Of a DNA stretch of 64,000 nucleotides, positions 19,852 through 34,800 are shown piece by piece. The notes beneath the pieces are model-generated. The model saw only the letters and a list, made by a program, of their open reading frames with translations. It had not been told where the DNA came from and did no database searches. The translations under genes were made by a program, and so were the position numbers. The stretch's first letter is position 1; the number at the start of each line of letters is the position of its first letter. This DNA comes from Phaeosaccion multiseriatum (taxonomy: Eukaryota; Protista; Ochrophyta, other classes), in the NCBI GenBank assembly GCA_965112735.1, contig OZ218954.1, positions 372,001 to 436,000 on the forward strand. Reading direction: 5' to 3'.

Positions 19852-22800
19852 TCACAGCCCTCCTCCTCCTAATGGCACGACTTCTCCTCCTCCATCCACT
19901 GCCATCCCCTCCTCCTCCTCATCGTCATCCTTGTCGCTCTCCTCCCCGAGTGAGTGCTGTACCTCCCTGAAGGAAGCGCTCCTCTGCCTCAGCACCTCCA
20001 TGCCCTCGAAGCCCTTATGTAACATTAGGTAGGGATAGAGGGGAGGGAGGGAGGGAGGGAGGGAGGAGAGGAAGAGAGAGGAAAGGGGAGAGGGACAGAG
20101 AGGGCAGGTTGGGGGTGGGGGATGGGGGTGAGTACAGACCTGGTGTTAGACTTCCTAGAGAGGGATGCCAATGTACGGGGTACCTGCTGCTCCTCCTCTT
20201 CCTCCCCATTGCTTGGCGCTTACCTCCTCGCTCCTTAGGCTATGCAGCTGCTCTCTGCGGTCCCTCGCCCCCTCGCCGAAGTTCGCAGACACGTGGTCGT
20301 AGGCGTAGGAGGAGCGCTGCTCGGCGCCAACCGTCATGCCTAGGCCTTCCAGATCGGCCTGTTGGTGATACAGGGGGCGGGGGGGGGGGGTGGATGGGTA
20401 GTTGGATGGGTAGGTAGATGGGTAAGTGGATGGGTGGACGGGTGGATGGATGGGTGGATGGGTGGGTGGGAGGGTGTGGGTGGGTGGGTAAGTCGGTGGA
20501 TGGTTGGGTGGATGTTACGCGAACCCAAGTCCTCACACCCACATGACGAATCAGCACATCTTTCATCCACTGCCATCCACCCACTCACCGCCGGCACCCC
20601 TGCGTTGAGCATGTGCAAAGAGGCCTTGTTGAGGCGGAACACGCCCGTGTCTGCGTCCATCTCCGCCGCGGGTTCCAATCCGGCATGGTCCTGTAGCGTA
20701 ACGGTTTTTCATTGGATACAGTGGGGGGTTGGGGTATGAGGTATGGGGTACAGGGTCAAGGGTGGAGGGTGTGGGGCATGGGGTTTAGGGTATAGGGTAT
20801 AGGGTATAAGGTATAAGGTATAGGGTATGGGGCATAAGGTATAGAGTATAGGAAGGAGGGTAGGGGGTTTAGGTACCTCTTGCTCTCGGAGGTCATGATG
20901 GTCCTTGATCTTAGTGAGCAGGTCCACTCCCTGCGTGTGTGCGAAGGCGAACGAGGGAGAGGAGACGGAGGAGGAGGAGGAGGAGGAGGAGGAGGAGGAG
21001 GAGGAGGAGGAGGAGGAGGAGGAGGAGGAGGAGGAGGAGGAGGAGGAGGAGGAGGAAGAGGAAAGAGAGAGGGAGAAAGAGAGTTACGGGCAACGTGTGG
21101 GGGTGGCCAGTTAGATGGCAGTCAATGGGGTGGGCTGCAAGATGGCAGCCAATGGGTTGAGCAGATTCGCGGCAGTCAATGGCTAAGTACATAGATGGCA
21201 GTCAATGAGGCGAGTTCTATGTGTCGAGCGCGGACTGCAAAGGGCGGGGTATGAATGGAGTCGGGGTATGCATAGGGTGAGAGGCAGGGTGGGGTATAGG
21301 GTATGGGAAGTGGGTAGCGGGAGTGGGTGGTCGGTAGTGAATAGCGGCTAGAGGGTAGATATAGAGAGCATGCGATTGGGTAGTGGGGTTCCGACACCCA
21401 CCTTCTCACTGGTGTAGCCCCGATCAAACTCAATTGCGTGATTCGAGACGGTGGGGAAGAACTGTGCCTCCACCCACATGACAAAGCTGTCAGCGCACCA
21501 GGACAGGCACGGAACCTGGAGGGAGGGAGGGAGGGAGGGAGAGAGGGAGGGAGGGAGGGAGGGAGGGAGAGAGGGAGGGAGGGAGGGAGGGAGGGAGGGA
21601 GGGAGGGAGGGAGGGAGGGAGGGAGGGAGGGAGGCAGGGAGGGAGGGAGGGAGGGAGGGAGGGAGGGAGAGAGGGAGGGAGGGAGGGAGGGAGGGAGGGA
21701 GGGAGGGAGGGAGGGAGGGAGGGAGGGAGGGAGGGAGGGAGGGAGGGAGGGAGGGAGGGAGGGAGGGAGAAGTCACAGAGATACACGGGTAAGTAGCGGC
21801 AGCGGACGGAAGTGGATGGGGAGTGAGACTTGAGGCCTTCATGAACTTAATCTGAACAGGGAGTGTGAGCCTGATTCGACGACGCTTTGACCCAACTTTG
21901 AACCACTTTAGACCAGCCTTTGACCCAACTTTGAACCACTTTAGACCCGCCTTTGAGCTCAACTTTGAACCACTTTAGACCCGCCTTTGACCCAACTTTG
22001 AGCCACTTTAGACCAGCCTTTGAGCCAACTTTGAATCAACTTCGGCCCAACTTTGAGAAGCCAGGCAAGGTTCATTCACAGGTGGATCAAAGATGACTCG
22101 AGTTGGTTCAAAAGCGGTTCAAAGCTGGTTCAAACAGAGGCCAAAAGTGCTTCAAAAGCGATTCAGACATGTGTTCATTCGGGGCTCAGGTCTCACTCAA
22201 CCGCGAAAGCGAAGTAGACCAGACCCAGACAGAGTGAGCAAACTCAAACTCAAACTTCCAAAGCCCGTCCTTCCCTCCCTCCCTCTGAATCACCAACCCG
22301 CTCACCTGAATGACGAGAAGCCAGAAAGTACCTCTGCTCATCATTTGATACGCCACGCCGTAAAAGTCGAAGGCGTAATCCACCTGTTGCCAGTTTTCAG
22401 TTCCAGTTTCCAGTGAGTCAAGTTGGCCCTCAAACTGCAACTGGTCTCGTGAGGCCTATCAACAAGGGTACTTAAGCTCCTTTTCCTTTCCTTTCCTTTG
22501 CTTTGCTATCAAAAATGAATACTCGTCACTCACCAAGGAGCTATACCCGAGCAGAAAGGCCGTGTAGAAGAGGACGGAGAAGATGATGCCAGCGAAGGAG
22601 TACTTGGTCCAAGTACGGGTCATACTGGCACACTGAGCGAGGTGGTGATACAGGCAGCCACGCAGGCAGGCAGGGAGGGAGGAACGAAGGAGGAGAGGTT
22701 GAGTTTCAAAGATGTTGGATGCTCAGGAAAGGGGGCAGTGACAAATGGCGACTCAAGCAATCCAAGCAAACAACCAACACGCGTACCTTGAGCAACATGG

Positions 22801-25800
22801 AGAGGATGAGGACTGTGTACACGGTGGTGCCGAACACGAAGATGCCGTCGGCGTAGCCCCTCTGGAGGGTGAGGTGAGGTGAGTGAGTGAGTCAGTGGGA
22901 GTAGGTGAGTCAGTGAGTGAGTGAGTGGGGATAAGTCAGTGGGTGAGTACGTGAGTAAGTAGGTAAGTGAATGAATGAATGAGTGAGTGAGTGGACGTGT
23001 GCGTAAGTGAATGAGTGTGTGTGTGTAAGTCAGAGAGGCTCAATCCATCACGCTCCGCATCCTCACCTCGGCCCACACGGTGCGTGGCTTGTTGTAGGCC
23101 GCGTAGGGCAGGAAGAAGATGAGGAAGGAGTCGAGAATGGCCTGCACGATCATCTTGCACATCACCTTAGGGCAGTGGATGGCAGTAGATGACAGGGCAT
23201 GGATGGCAGCGGACGGCAGGGGATGAATGGCAGTGGATCATGGCAGAGTGTGAGTGAGTGAGTGAGTGAGTGAGTGAGTGTGTGTGTGTGCGCGTGCGGG
23301 TGTATGAGCGTGTGTGTGTGTGTTTGTGTGTATGCGCGTATGTGTGCGTATGTACGGTGCATGGAGAGGCTCCTCAAAGGCCGTAACCGCAGAGCTTTCT
23401 CAAGCACCAAGCACCCGACGAGGGGACTTCAACCCCCCCTCCCTCTAGCTCAAACTCAAACTAAAGGGGAGTTCAACCGCCCTACAGTTCAACTCAAACT
23501 CAAACTCAAAGTCAAGTGGAGGCTCCTTCCTTGACTTACGAACCTTGAGGTTCATATCGACGTTGTTGATGCCGATGCGGTAGAGCTTCTGACAGGCCAC
23601 CGCCGTGCCCTCACTCACGTCCTGTTGTGTTGTGTTGTGATGTGTTGGATAGCAGATGTCAGGAGATGGCAACGAATGGTTTGGATGTGTCGGTGGATGG
23701 CTGTGGATGGAGGGGTGGAATGTCTGGATGGACGGCAGCAGATGAATGGACGCCAGCAGATGGATGGATGGATGGATAGATGGATGGCAATGGATGGAAG
23801 GGGTCCGATAAACTAAACTGAAAGTGAAACTGACCTTGTCGAAGACCCCCATGAGGAGGGGCGGGAAGGCGAGGAACCAATTGAAGCCCGAGTACACGAT
23901 ACTCTCGTACAGCGACTGCCCGGACACGCCGCTGGGTGGGTGGGGGGGTGGGGAGGCTTAATTAGTAAGAGGAAGTGTGTAGGAAACAAACAAACAGCAC
24001 GCCAATATCAACTCCAATGCATCCTTACGATTGAAACAAATGATACCAATGGTTTTACACGAAATGGCAATTCATTCATACAGTACCTGAAGAAGATGTA
24101 GTAGAAGAGGATGAAGGTGAGCACGATGTTTTTGTAGAACGAGTACAAAATCACCTTCGAGGACGGATGGCAGCAGAGGGAGGGGGAGGATTGGTTAGAG
24201 GGAGGAAGCAGACTCACCCACCTTCCCGTTCACCGTCCTGACAGCCCTCACCCCTCTGTCCTGACACCCCTCACCCCTCTGTCCTGACACCCCTCACCCC
24301 TCTGTCCTGACACCCCTCACCCCTCTGTCCTGACACCCCTCACCCCTCTGTCCTCACACCCCTCACCTTGCACATTCTCCTGTAGTCCCAATGGCCGTGC
24401 ACGAGCATGAGTTGCCTCAAGAAGCGGAACTGTGCGATGGCAAAGTCGCAGTTGTTGACGGCCTGACGCCCCTCTCGACCACTGATGCCGATGCCCACCT
24501 AGAGAGGGGAGGGAGGGAGGGAGGGAGGGAGCGAGGAAAGGAAGGGAGGGAGGGAGGGAGGGAGGGAGGGAGGGAAGAAGGGAGAGAGAGAAAGAGGAAG
24601 GACTTGTTCATAGAGTAGTATATGTACACGTAGAAGCAACCAACCTTCCTCCCTGCCTCCCTCCCTTCCTCTCTCCCTTCCTCCCTCCCGCCCGCCCTCC
24701 CTCCCTTTGTCCTTCTCACCTGTGCTTCCTGAATCATTCCAACGTCGTTGGCTCCATCCCCAATGGCGAGGGTCAGGGGTGTTGGACTGATCCTCCTCTT
24801 GACCAAGCGGACGATGTTGGCCTTCTGCTTAGTTGAGGAAGGTAGTGACGAGGGTAGGGTAGGGGGGGAGGAGGGAGCGGAGGGAGAGAGGGGGTGGATG
24901 GATTGAGGAAGGCAGGGAGGGAGAGATGGAGGAAGGAAGGGTGGTTGGGATGAGAAGGGTGGTGAGTGAGGTTGGTGGGTGGTCTGATCGGTAGTGAGGA
25001 AGGTGAGTGAGGGGGTAGGAAGGAGGCGTTGCTGGCTAAAGCGTGAGGGGAGAGGGAGGGAGGCAGGGAGGGAGGGAGGGAGGAAGGGAAGGAAACAGGG
25101 AGGGAGGGAGGGAGGGAGGGAGGGAGGGAGGGAGGGTGGACTTGCTTCTTGACCTGCTTGGGGGACACTCGGCACGCCACGACGGACTTGCACAGCTTTG
25201 CGATCTTCAGCAGTTTGATCTGAGCGCGTTGGTGACATGGGGGTGTGCGTGGAGTGGGTGGGTGACAAAATAGGGAGGAAATGGAGATGAGTGATTGCGC
25301 ACTGAGAAGCAGCCCCATCTGTGTCAGGGCTGTCACCTAAGCCCCGGCCAGGACGTCTGTACATTGAACTCATCCGCTTCCCATCCCCCTCCTCCTCTCT
25401 CTGTCTGCTGTATCACCAACTGCTGTATCACCAACTGCTCACCTCCATGGCGGGTATGCCCAGGACGTTGTTGAGGGTTGGTCCGTCGATGACCATAGCC
25501 AACGAGTCACTTTCAGACACAGACAGATAGACAGGCACAGAGAGAGAGAGAGAGGGAGAGAGAGAGAGACAGAGACAGACAGACAGACAGAGAGAGAAGA
25601 GACAGGGAGAGTGAGAGGGACAAAGAGTTAGGGACGGAGTCACCTAACCAACCACCCAACCAACCACCCAACCAACCAACCAACCAATCAAATGACAAAC
25701 CACCCAACCAACCAAACAACCAACCACCCAACCAACCAATCAAATAACCAACCAATCAAATCACCAACTAACCAACCACCAACCAACCAACCAACCACCC

Positions 25801-28800
25801 ACCCACCCACCCACCCTACCTACCCGCCCTACCCTGCCTTACCTGGAGAGTTCTGCTAGCGGCGGTGACCCGGACGGCTGCTGCAGGAGGGTGTCTGAGA
25901 GGGGGGAGGCCTCCACAGCTGCCGCCCCCGAGCCTCTACCTCCCCCTCCTCCTACTCCCCCCACTCCGCCCCCTCCCCCACTTCCTCCTCCTCCTCCCCG
26001 ACTACGACCGAGGCCAGGGAGGGAGGCCAAGCCGAGCGTGCGACGCCAGAGCTGCTGGAATATGCCTGCCTCATCTGTGAGTCGGGAGAAGTGAGAGAGG
26101 AGCTTGTCCAACTGCTCACCGACGGACCCGGCCGCTCCACCCTCCTGTTTTGGGTTGGGTATGGGTGGAATGGAGGGAGATGAAGGGAGGGGGTGGGTGG
26201 GTGCGGTTGGGTGAGTGGGCGTGGTTGGGACCCTCCCTTCCACACTGCCATCCCTGCCATCCACTGCCACCCCTTCCTCACACAGTTCCACTCCCTCCTG
26301 AGCCTCACAACGTTCCCCTTCGCTTTTCCCACGAGCAATTATCAACCTACTTGTGCTCCTACTCCAAACGTTTATGACCTCGTTCCCAGTACGTGAAAAG
26401 TCGCTTGTCGGAAACCCCCAAACTCCCCATCTCCTTCATCCATCCACTGCCATCCCTAACCTTGATCTTGATGAGAGTCATATCGGGCTCAAGCAGACGG
26501 CAGCTGTAACCGATGTTGATGGCCGTCTCCATCTTGTCGCCCGTCAGCACCCACACCTTGACTCCTACGGGGAGGGGAGGAGAGGGGAGGGGAGGAGATG
26601 AGGAGAGACTGAGGCTGACACAACTTGTAGTGGATGTGAACTTTAGAGTAGAGGGCTGTGCTATCATTTCATCATTTCCTCCCCCATCCATCCTCTGCCT
26701 CCCCCTCCCCTCACCCCCATCTACTGCCATCCCTGTAAGTGCCCACTCACCTGCCTTGCCGATGTCGGCAATGGTGCCGGCAACGTCGTCTTGAAGCTTG
26801 TCCTCGATGGCGGTTACACCAACCACATCTGAGAGGACCAGCAGAGGTGTATGGGCAGGGCACGGTAGAGGTGTATGGGCAGGGCACGGTAGAGGTGTAT
26901 GGGCAGGGCACGGTAGAGGTGTATGGGCAGGGCACGGTAGAGGTGTATGGGCAGGGCAGGGTAGAGGTGTGTGGGTAGGGCAGGGTATAGGTGTGTGGGC
27001 AGGGCAGGGTAGAGGTGTATGGGCAGGGCACGGTAGAGGTGTGTGGGCAGGGCAGGGTAGAGGTGTATGGGCAGGGCAGGGTAGAGGTGTATGGGCAGGG
27101 CACGGTAGAGGTGTATGGGCAGGGTAGAGGTGTATGGGCAGGGCACGGTAGAGGTGTGTGGGCAGGGCACGGTAGAGGTGTATGGGCAGGGCAGGATAGA
27201 GGTGTATGGGTAGGGCACGGTAGAGGTGTATGGGCAGGGCAGGGTAGAGGTGTGGGCAGGTACAGGTGTATGGGCAGGGCAGAGGTGTTGAGAGACAAAA
27301 GAGGTATGTAGGTCCACGCCAACTGTGAGGACCCTCTAAACAGCTTCCCCGACTCACCCATCACCACTGCCATCCACTGCCATCCCCCACTGACATACTA
27401 CACCCACCCACCTAGATCGGACTCGACCTCCATGGCCACCTTTGCGATCGCCTCGGGTCGGCCCTCCGTCTTGGGGAAGGAAAGCAGGGGATGGCAGTGG
27501 AAGGGATAGGGAGGGGATGGCAGTGGAAGGGATAGGGAGAGGATGGCAGTGGAAGGGATAGGGAGGGGATGGTAGTGGACGGGGGAGGGGATGGGTGAGG
27601 GAAGGGCAAGGCAAGGGGGGAGGGGAGGGAGGGAAGAAAGAGGGAGGAGGGGAGGGGAGCGGGAGGGGGAGGGAGGGAACGGAAGGGAACGGGAGGGGGA
27701 GAGCAGGGCAAGGCAAGGCAAGAGATGGGAGGGGAAGGCGTCTAATGCGATCCACTGCACAAAATGTCTTCCGCTGAGACCCATCCACCCCCTGCCATCC
27801 ATCCACTGCCATCTGTCTTGTCACCTGCACGGAAGCGTCCTTGTACCGTTCGTACCACGCCATGAACTCCTTCTCGGGCAGCTCTCTCTTGGCCAGCAGC
27901 AGAGTGCGCAGCCCGTCATTGGCAAACACGCCAAGATGAGCCACCTGAGGAGAGAGAGAGAGAGAGAGAGAGAGTTGGAGCAGGTACAGTTTGAGGTTCG
28001 GTTTGGGTGTCAGTTTCAGTTCCATTTCGGCTTGTGAGAAGGCGGGGCTGACCACCAATTCGTGTACCATGCCGTTCCACAGATGGAAGATTTGAAGGCC
28101 ATTGAAAGGCTTGTCTATATCCATATCTATCTCTATCAATCAATCTTTCTCTCTCTGAAGACTGGTGATTCATTTCGTATTTCATGTCCATTTATGACAC
28201 TGACAACTCACCACTGTTGCGAGGGAGGACCCGTTGTAAGTGATGGCTCGGTCCATGATGATGTTATCCGCTCCCTGAGAGGGATGGTAGCGGACGGCAG
28301 TAGATGGTAGTGGATGGTAGCGGACGGCAGTTGATGGGTGGGGTGGTGGGTGAGTGAGTGAGTGAGTGAGTGAGTGAGTCAGTGAGTGAGTGGGTGAGTG
28401 AATCAGCAGTGAGTGAGTGAGTGAGTGAGTGAGTGAGTGCGTGAGTGAGTAAGTGAGAGAGAGTGAGTGAGTGAGTGAGTAAGTGAGTGAGTGAGTGTGT
28501 GAGTGAGTAAGTGAGTGAGTGAGTGAGTGAGTGAGTGAGTGAGTGGGTGAGTGAATCAGTCAGTGAGTGAATGAGTGAGTGAGTGAGTGTGTGAGTGAGT
28601 AAGTGGGAGAATGAGTGAATGAATACATTGAGTGGAAGAGGGAATGAGTGAGTGAGTGGGGTGAGTGAGTGAGTGAGTGAGTGATTGAGTGAGTGAGTGG
28701 GTGAGTGAGTTGAGTGGAGGAGTGAGTGAGTGAGTGAGAGAGTGAGTGAGTGGGTGGGTGAGTGAGTGAGTGGGTGGATGGGTGGGTCGGTCGGTCGGTC

Positions 28801-31800
28801 AGCCCGTCCAAGGTGGTGAGTGGCACTTGCCTCGTCCTTGACACTCACACACCCACACACACACACCTTGCAGTACACGAAGTACCTCCCCTCGGGGCTC
28901 TTGACCACAATGCTCATCCTCTTCCTCGTGGAGTCGAAGGGGATGGTCAGTAGCAGCGAGTACGTCAAATCCTTCACAACCTTCGGCGGCCCACCCCCTC
29001 CTCCTTCGGTAGCGCTCCCTTTGGTGCCATCTGCAGAGCCATTGTGTTGCAGGGTGAGGTGCACAAGGCCGGGGTCTCGGCCCTTGAAGGTGATGCCCAG
29101 GCCCTCTCCGCCGTCAACGAGCGCAGACTCGTCCGGCGACTCTGCTTGCAGGACCTGTTGGTGACATAGGGAGGAGAGGGAGGGAGGGAGGGAGGGAGGG
29201 AGGGAGGAAAGGGAGGGAGGGAGGGAGGGAGGGAAGAGAGGGAGGGAGGAGGGGAGAGGTGGAGGGGAGGGGAGGGGAGGGGCGGAGGGAGAGGAGGGAG
29301 GGAGGGAAAAGGAAGAGGGAGACGAAAGGGGCGGAGGGAGAGGAGGGAGAGGAGGGAAAAGGAAGAGGGAGACGAAAGGGGCGGAGGGAGAGGAGGGAGG
29401 GAGGGAAAAGGAAGAGGGAGACGAAAGGGGCGGAGGGAGAGGAGGGAGAGGAGGGAAAAGGAAGAGGGAGACGAAAGGGGCGGAGGGAGAGGAGGGAGAG
29501 GAGGGAAAAGGAAGAGGGAGACGAAAGGGGCGGAGGGAGAGGAGGGAGAGGAGTGAAAAGGAAGAGGGAGACGAAAGGGGCGGAGGGAGAGGAGGGAGAG
29601 GAGGGAAAAGGAAGAGGGAGACGAAAGGGGCGGAGGGAGAGGAGGGAGAGGAGGGAAAAGGAAGAGGGAGACGAAAGGGGCGGAGGGAGAGGAGGGAGAG
29701 GAGGGAAAAGGAAGAGGTGCAGGGCAGATGAGGGGTTAGGGAGGTGAGGAAAGGCAATGGGGAGAGAGGCTAGAGGCTAGGGCTTCAGGTGTCGCGGTGC
29801 AGGAGGGGGGTTGAAAAGGGCCGGCGCTCCTGCCTCACCTCCCCTCTCCCTCCCTCCCTCCCTCCCTCCTTCCTTCCTTCCCTCCCTCCCTCCCGCCTTC
29901 CCTCCCTCCTCTCCCTCCCCACCCATCCGTCCACACTCCCACCTCCTGTCCTGACACCCGCTGACCCCCTGTCCTGACACCCGCTCACTCCCTGTTCTAA
30001 CACCCACCCATCCACCCTCTGTCCTGACACCCACCCACTCACCCGCTCGCCTGTCTTCTCGTCCGTCTCCACCACAACGGTGTGGTTCAGCGCGAGGCAG
30101 AGAGCGAAGTGTGTAGCGGCATCATCGGGCCCCGCCGAGGACAGCGCAGATGCGAGTTGGGTCAGTGGAGGAGCGTCCACCACACCAAGTCTCTGTTGTG
30201 GGGCATTCGTTTAGAGGCGTATGGAAGGACCAGTTAGAGGCATAAAGGAGAGCCAGTTGGAGGGAGGGAGATAGGAGGGAGGGTGAGGGAGAGAGGCATA
30301 TGGGAGAGCATAGATGTGAGGTGGATCAGCGGAGGAGCGTCCACCAACACTGAGTTCTCTGTTGTGAGGCATTAGTTTGGAGGCGTATGGAAGGACCAGT
30401 TAGAGGCATAAAGGAGAGCCAGTTGGAGGGAGGGAGATAGGCCTGGTTGGCGTTCATCAGTTACAAGCATTAGGAGGAGGGCTAGTTGGAGGCATAGAAG
30501 GGTCAGATGGAGGCATATGGATGGACACTTGCCTGGTGAGGGGTCATTTTGGCCTTCTCAGCGGCGGTGATCTCTCCGTACATTTGACCCGCCACAGAGC
30601 AGCGCCTGTTAGAGGCATATGGGGAGTGGAGAAGGCCAATGAGAGGCATATGGGGAATGTGAGGACCAGTTAGAGGAACATGGGACATGACCAGGCAGAC
30701 AGCAGCACTTGACGGCATGAGCGACATACTGTAAGCGAACCACTTATCAAAGAGGTGTATGGGAGAAGGGAGGACCAGTCAGAGGCATATGGATGAAGAA
30801 GTGACGTCACTCACCTGAAGGTCATGATGTTTTGGGTAAGGGTGCCCGTCTTGTCGGAGAAGACGTACTCGATCTGTTGAGGAGGGAGGGAGGGAGGGAG
30901 GGAGGGAGGGAGGAAGGCAGGGAGGGAGGGAGGGAGGGCGGGAGGGCGGGAGGGAGGAAGGGAGGGAGGGAGGGAGGGAAGGGAGGACAGCATATGGGAT
31001 AACAGCGGACAGGACGTTGGTTTTAAGAATGCCCTCACTACCCAAACCAACTGAAACTTGAAACTCACCTGGCCCAAGTCGGCAGCCAGCCCCGAAGTCC
31101 GTGCCAAAGCAGGCGTGTCCTGAGACTCATCGTACATCTCGAGATCAGAGTCGATATAGAGGGCCTGTGTGAGGAGGGGGGGGGGGGATGGCAGTGGATG
31201 GGGGGGAGGGAGTGAGGGACGGGTGGAGGGAAGGAGGGAGGGGAGAGAGCAATTACGTAAGATGACCTAATCGTTACGTAACACAAGGTATATATGTATG
31301 TATGCATGTATGTATGTGTAAGTATGTATATGTGTGTGATGTATGTATGTATGTATGTATGTATGTATGTATGTGTGTATGTATGTGTGTATGTGTGTAT
31401 GTGTGTATGTGTGTATGTGTGTATGTGTGTATGTATGTATGTATGTATACCTGCATGTAGTTGACCATCTCCAAAGTGACGTAGAGACTGATGGGCACGA
31501 AGTTGTTGTAGAGAATGAGGAAGGTGAACCAATATCCCGCATCGGAGCCGGTAGAGGACGAGTCGCAGTTGTCTCTGAGGAGGGCACGGGGATGGCAGGG
31601 GATGGGGGGGAGGGACAGAGGATGTGAGGACAAAGGAAGAGGAGGAGGAGGAGGAGGAGGAGGAGGAAGAGGAGGATGAGGAGGAGGAAGAAGAAGAAGA
31701 AGAAGAAGAAGAAGAAGAAGAAGAAGAAGAAGAAGAAGAAGAAGAAGAAGAAGAAGAAAGGAGGAGAAGGAGGAGCAGAGGCGACAGGCGCATTTGTCTC

Positions 31801-34800
31801 AAAGGATGGCAGTGGATTGAGGGGGGTGTAAGGATGGAGGGTGGATGGCAGTAGATGGCATTGCTCATGGCGTGCGTACCTGAAGAGGGGGATGGGGGAG
31901 TTGTCCGAATCGTAGCAGAGGTAGTACAAGTCACTCTCGTACTCCGCCTGTTACAAGTTGTTTGGGCAAGGGAAGGGAGGAGGAGGAGGAGGAGGAGAAG
32001 GGGGGGGGGTAGCAGTGAAGTAGTAGGAGTAGGAGTAGCAAGGGAAAGAAGGGAGATGGCGAGAAGAGCGTTTAGAGAGAAGGAAAAAAGGAAAAAGCAC
32101 AAAGGCTCCCTCCCAGCCTGACGGACTCTCTCCCTCCCTTCCCGCCGCCCTCCTCCTCCTCCCCCTCCTCCTCCTCCTCCTCCTCCTCCTCCTCCTCCTC
32201 CTCCTCCTCCTCCTCCCCCTCCTTCTCCTCCTCCTCCCCTCCGTCCCCTACTCTCCCCTCCCCTCCCTCCCTCTCTGACCTTGAATATGATGTACGCGAT
32301 GAGACTGAGGGTCGTGACCATGGCCATGGCACCGAAGATGACGACCATGATCTTGTTCGTTGTCTTGTCCACGTTGCTGTGCTTGGAAGGAGCCTCGCGC
32401 TGGTTCTTGCTCACCTAATAAGGAGGAGGGGCAGTTACAGTCACAGTTACAGATACAGTCACAGTCACAATTACAGATACAGTTACATAGAGCTGCCCGG
32501 TTTTCTCAGGTTGCGGTTCACTTCACATAGACCTTCTCTTGGTCCAACTCCATACGTTTGATGACTTCGATAACTCCGAATGCCTTCGATACCTCCGAAT
32601 GCCTTCGATACCTCCGAATGCCTTCGATCACTGCGATGCCTTCGATACCTCCGAATGCCTTCGATACCTTGCCCCTCACCTTGCTTTCCTTGCCCGTGTA
32701 CACCACCACCCCGATGGCCCACTTGGTGTTTCTGAGGCTTGCCCCTCTTAACAATAAGTTGCTCTGATCCAAAGGTACCTCTCTCTCCTCCCCGTCCTCC
32801 TCGGCTAAGCGCATCCTCAGCGTGCCTCTGAGGAGGGATGGTAGTGGATGGGAGGGTGGGTGGAGGGATGGCAGTGGATGGGGTGGGTGAGTGTGGTGCG
32901 CAGAGGTGTATGGAGGGAGGGTATGCATACGAGTTAAAGCCTCCTATGCAGGCCTCAACGGGGGCTACCACTAGTGCACACACAACATCTAGTAATACTC
33001 AAGAGAACAAGTGGATTCTGTCGTCGGGTCTCTCGCACTCCACCTCCCATCTCTCTCCCGTCCCCTCCCCTCCCATACTGCACCGCTCCCCCCCCCCCCC
33101 TCCTCCTCCTCCTCCTCCTCCTCCTCCTCTTCCTCCTCCTCCTCCTCCTCCTCCTCCTCCTCCTCCTCTTCCTCCTCCACCTCCCCAACCCCCCCCCCCC
33201 CCCCCCTCCTCCTCCTCCTCCTCCTCTTCCTCCCCCTCCTCCACCTCCTCCTCCACCTCCTCCTCCTCCTCCTCCTCCTCCTCCTCCTCCCCCCTCCTCC
33301 TCCTCCTCCTCCTCCTCCTCCTCCTCCTACTCACGAGAAGAAGTGGATCCTGTCGTTGGGCCTCTCGCACTCCACCTCCATATCCAGTCCCATCATCTCC
33401 TCCGGTGTTTCCCATATGGGCCCCGGAGGCAGTGTGCGCTTGGTAGGAGCGCTGACTCGAATCTTGAGGTTGGTCTCGCCGTCAATTTCGGCCGTTTCAA
33501 TGTACGCCACACCCGAAGCTTCGGAGGAGGTGAGGAGCACGATGTCGGCGGGTACCTCGTCGCCGGCTTGGATCTGTGGCAGTGGGGGGGGGTCAGGACA
33601 GTGTGTGGGTGGGTGGGTGGGTGGGTGGGCGGGTGGGTGGGTCAGAACAGGGGGTGGGTGGGTGGGTGGGTGTCAGGACAGTGGGTGGGTGGGTGTCAGG
33701 ACAGGGGCTGAGTGGGTGTCAGGATAGTGGGTGGGTGGGTGTCAGGACAGTGGGTGGGTGGGTGGGTGGGTGGGTGGGTGTCAGGACAGTGAGTGGGTAG
33801 ATGGGTGTCAGGAGAGTATGTGGGTGATGGCACCAGAGGGGTAGGTGGTCCCTCTCCATCCCTCCCTCCCTCTCCCCCTCCATCGATCCCCTCCTTCACT
33901 TCCTCTCTCCCCCTCCCACCCTGCCATCCCCTGCCATCCAATGCCATCCCCTACCATGCCCTGCCATCCTCTGCCATCCCCTGCCATTCCCTGCCATCCT
34001 CTGCCATCCCCTGCCATTCCCTGCCATCCCCTACCATCCCCTGCAATCGCCTGCCATCGCCTGCCGTCCCCTGCCATCCCCTGCCATCCCCTACCATCCT
34101 CTGCCATCCCCTACCATCCCCTGCCATCCCCTGCCATCCCCTGCCATCCCCTGCCATCCCCTGCCATCCTCCCTACCTTGATGAGCATCCCGGGCTTCAC
34201 GTCCTTCCAACGCAAGGATTTGAAGATATGCCCGTCTGGCAGGGGAGGGGCTTTGAGTTTCAATTGATGCGTCCGCCGGGTGTTGACAAAGCGATCACTG
34301 CGATGCCGTTTCAAGTCGTCCACGCCCTCCTGTGAGGACACGATTTACCAACGTGTGGGGGTGGTGAGGGGAAGGGAGGCGGGCAAGTGTTTCAACAGCA
34401 GAGAGTGTGATTTGGTCGTCCACTATTATTTTGCTCGTCCATGCATGATCTCGACCCTCTCTCTTCCCTCCCTCCTTCCCTCTCTCCCCTCCCTCCCTCC
34501 CTCTCTCCCTCCCTCCCTCGCTCTCCCTTCTCGCTCTTTTCTTTACCGAAGAATGCAAAAACTGACAAAAGAGGAAAGAGTAGCAAAGAGTGACAACATG
34601 CATTTTCTTCACAGAGTACCGAAAGGCATGCCACCAAGAACCATACCAACTCCTCAACAACACAACTAGGCTGAGAGACGCATGTCAAGACCAACGCCAT
34701 CGTCCAACAACACGACTAATAGGCAGAGAGAGAGAGTCAAGCTAACCGTGGACTTGCTGACGAGCATGAGTCGTTCCCCTGGGGATGCGCATCTTCTGAC

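Noticed and set aside
21885-22050. 33-bp repeats as a CRISPR array
   Set aside because: Head-to-tail with no spacers, inside a eukaryotic intron.
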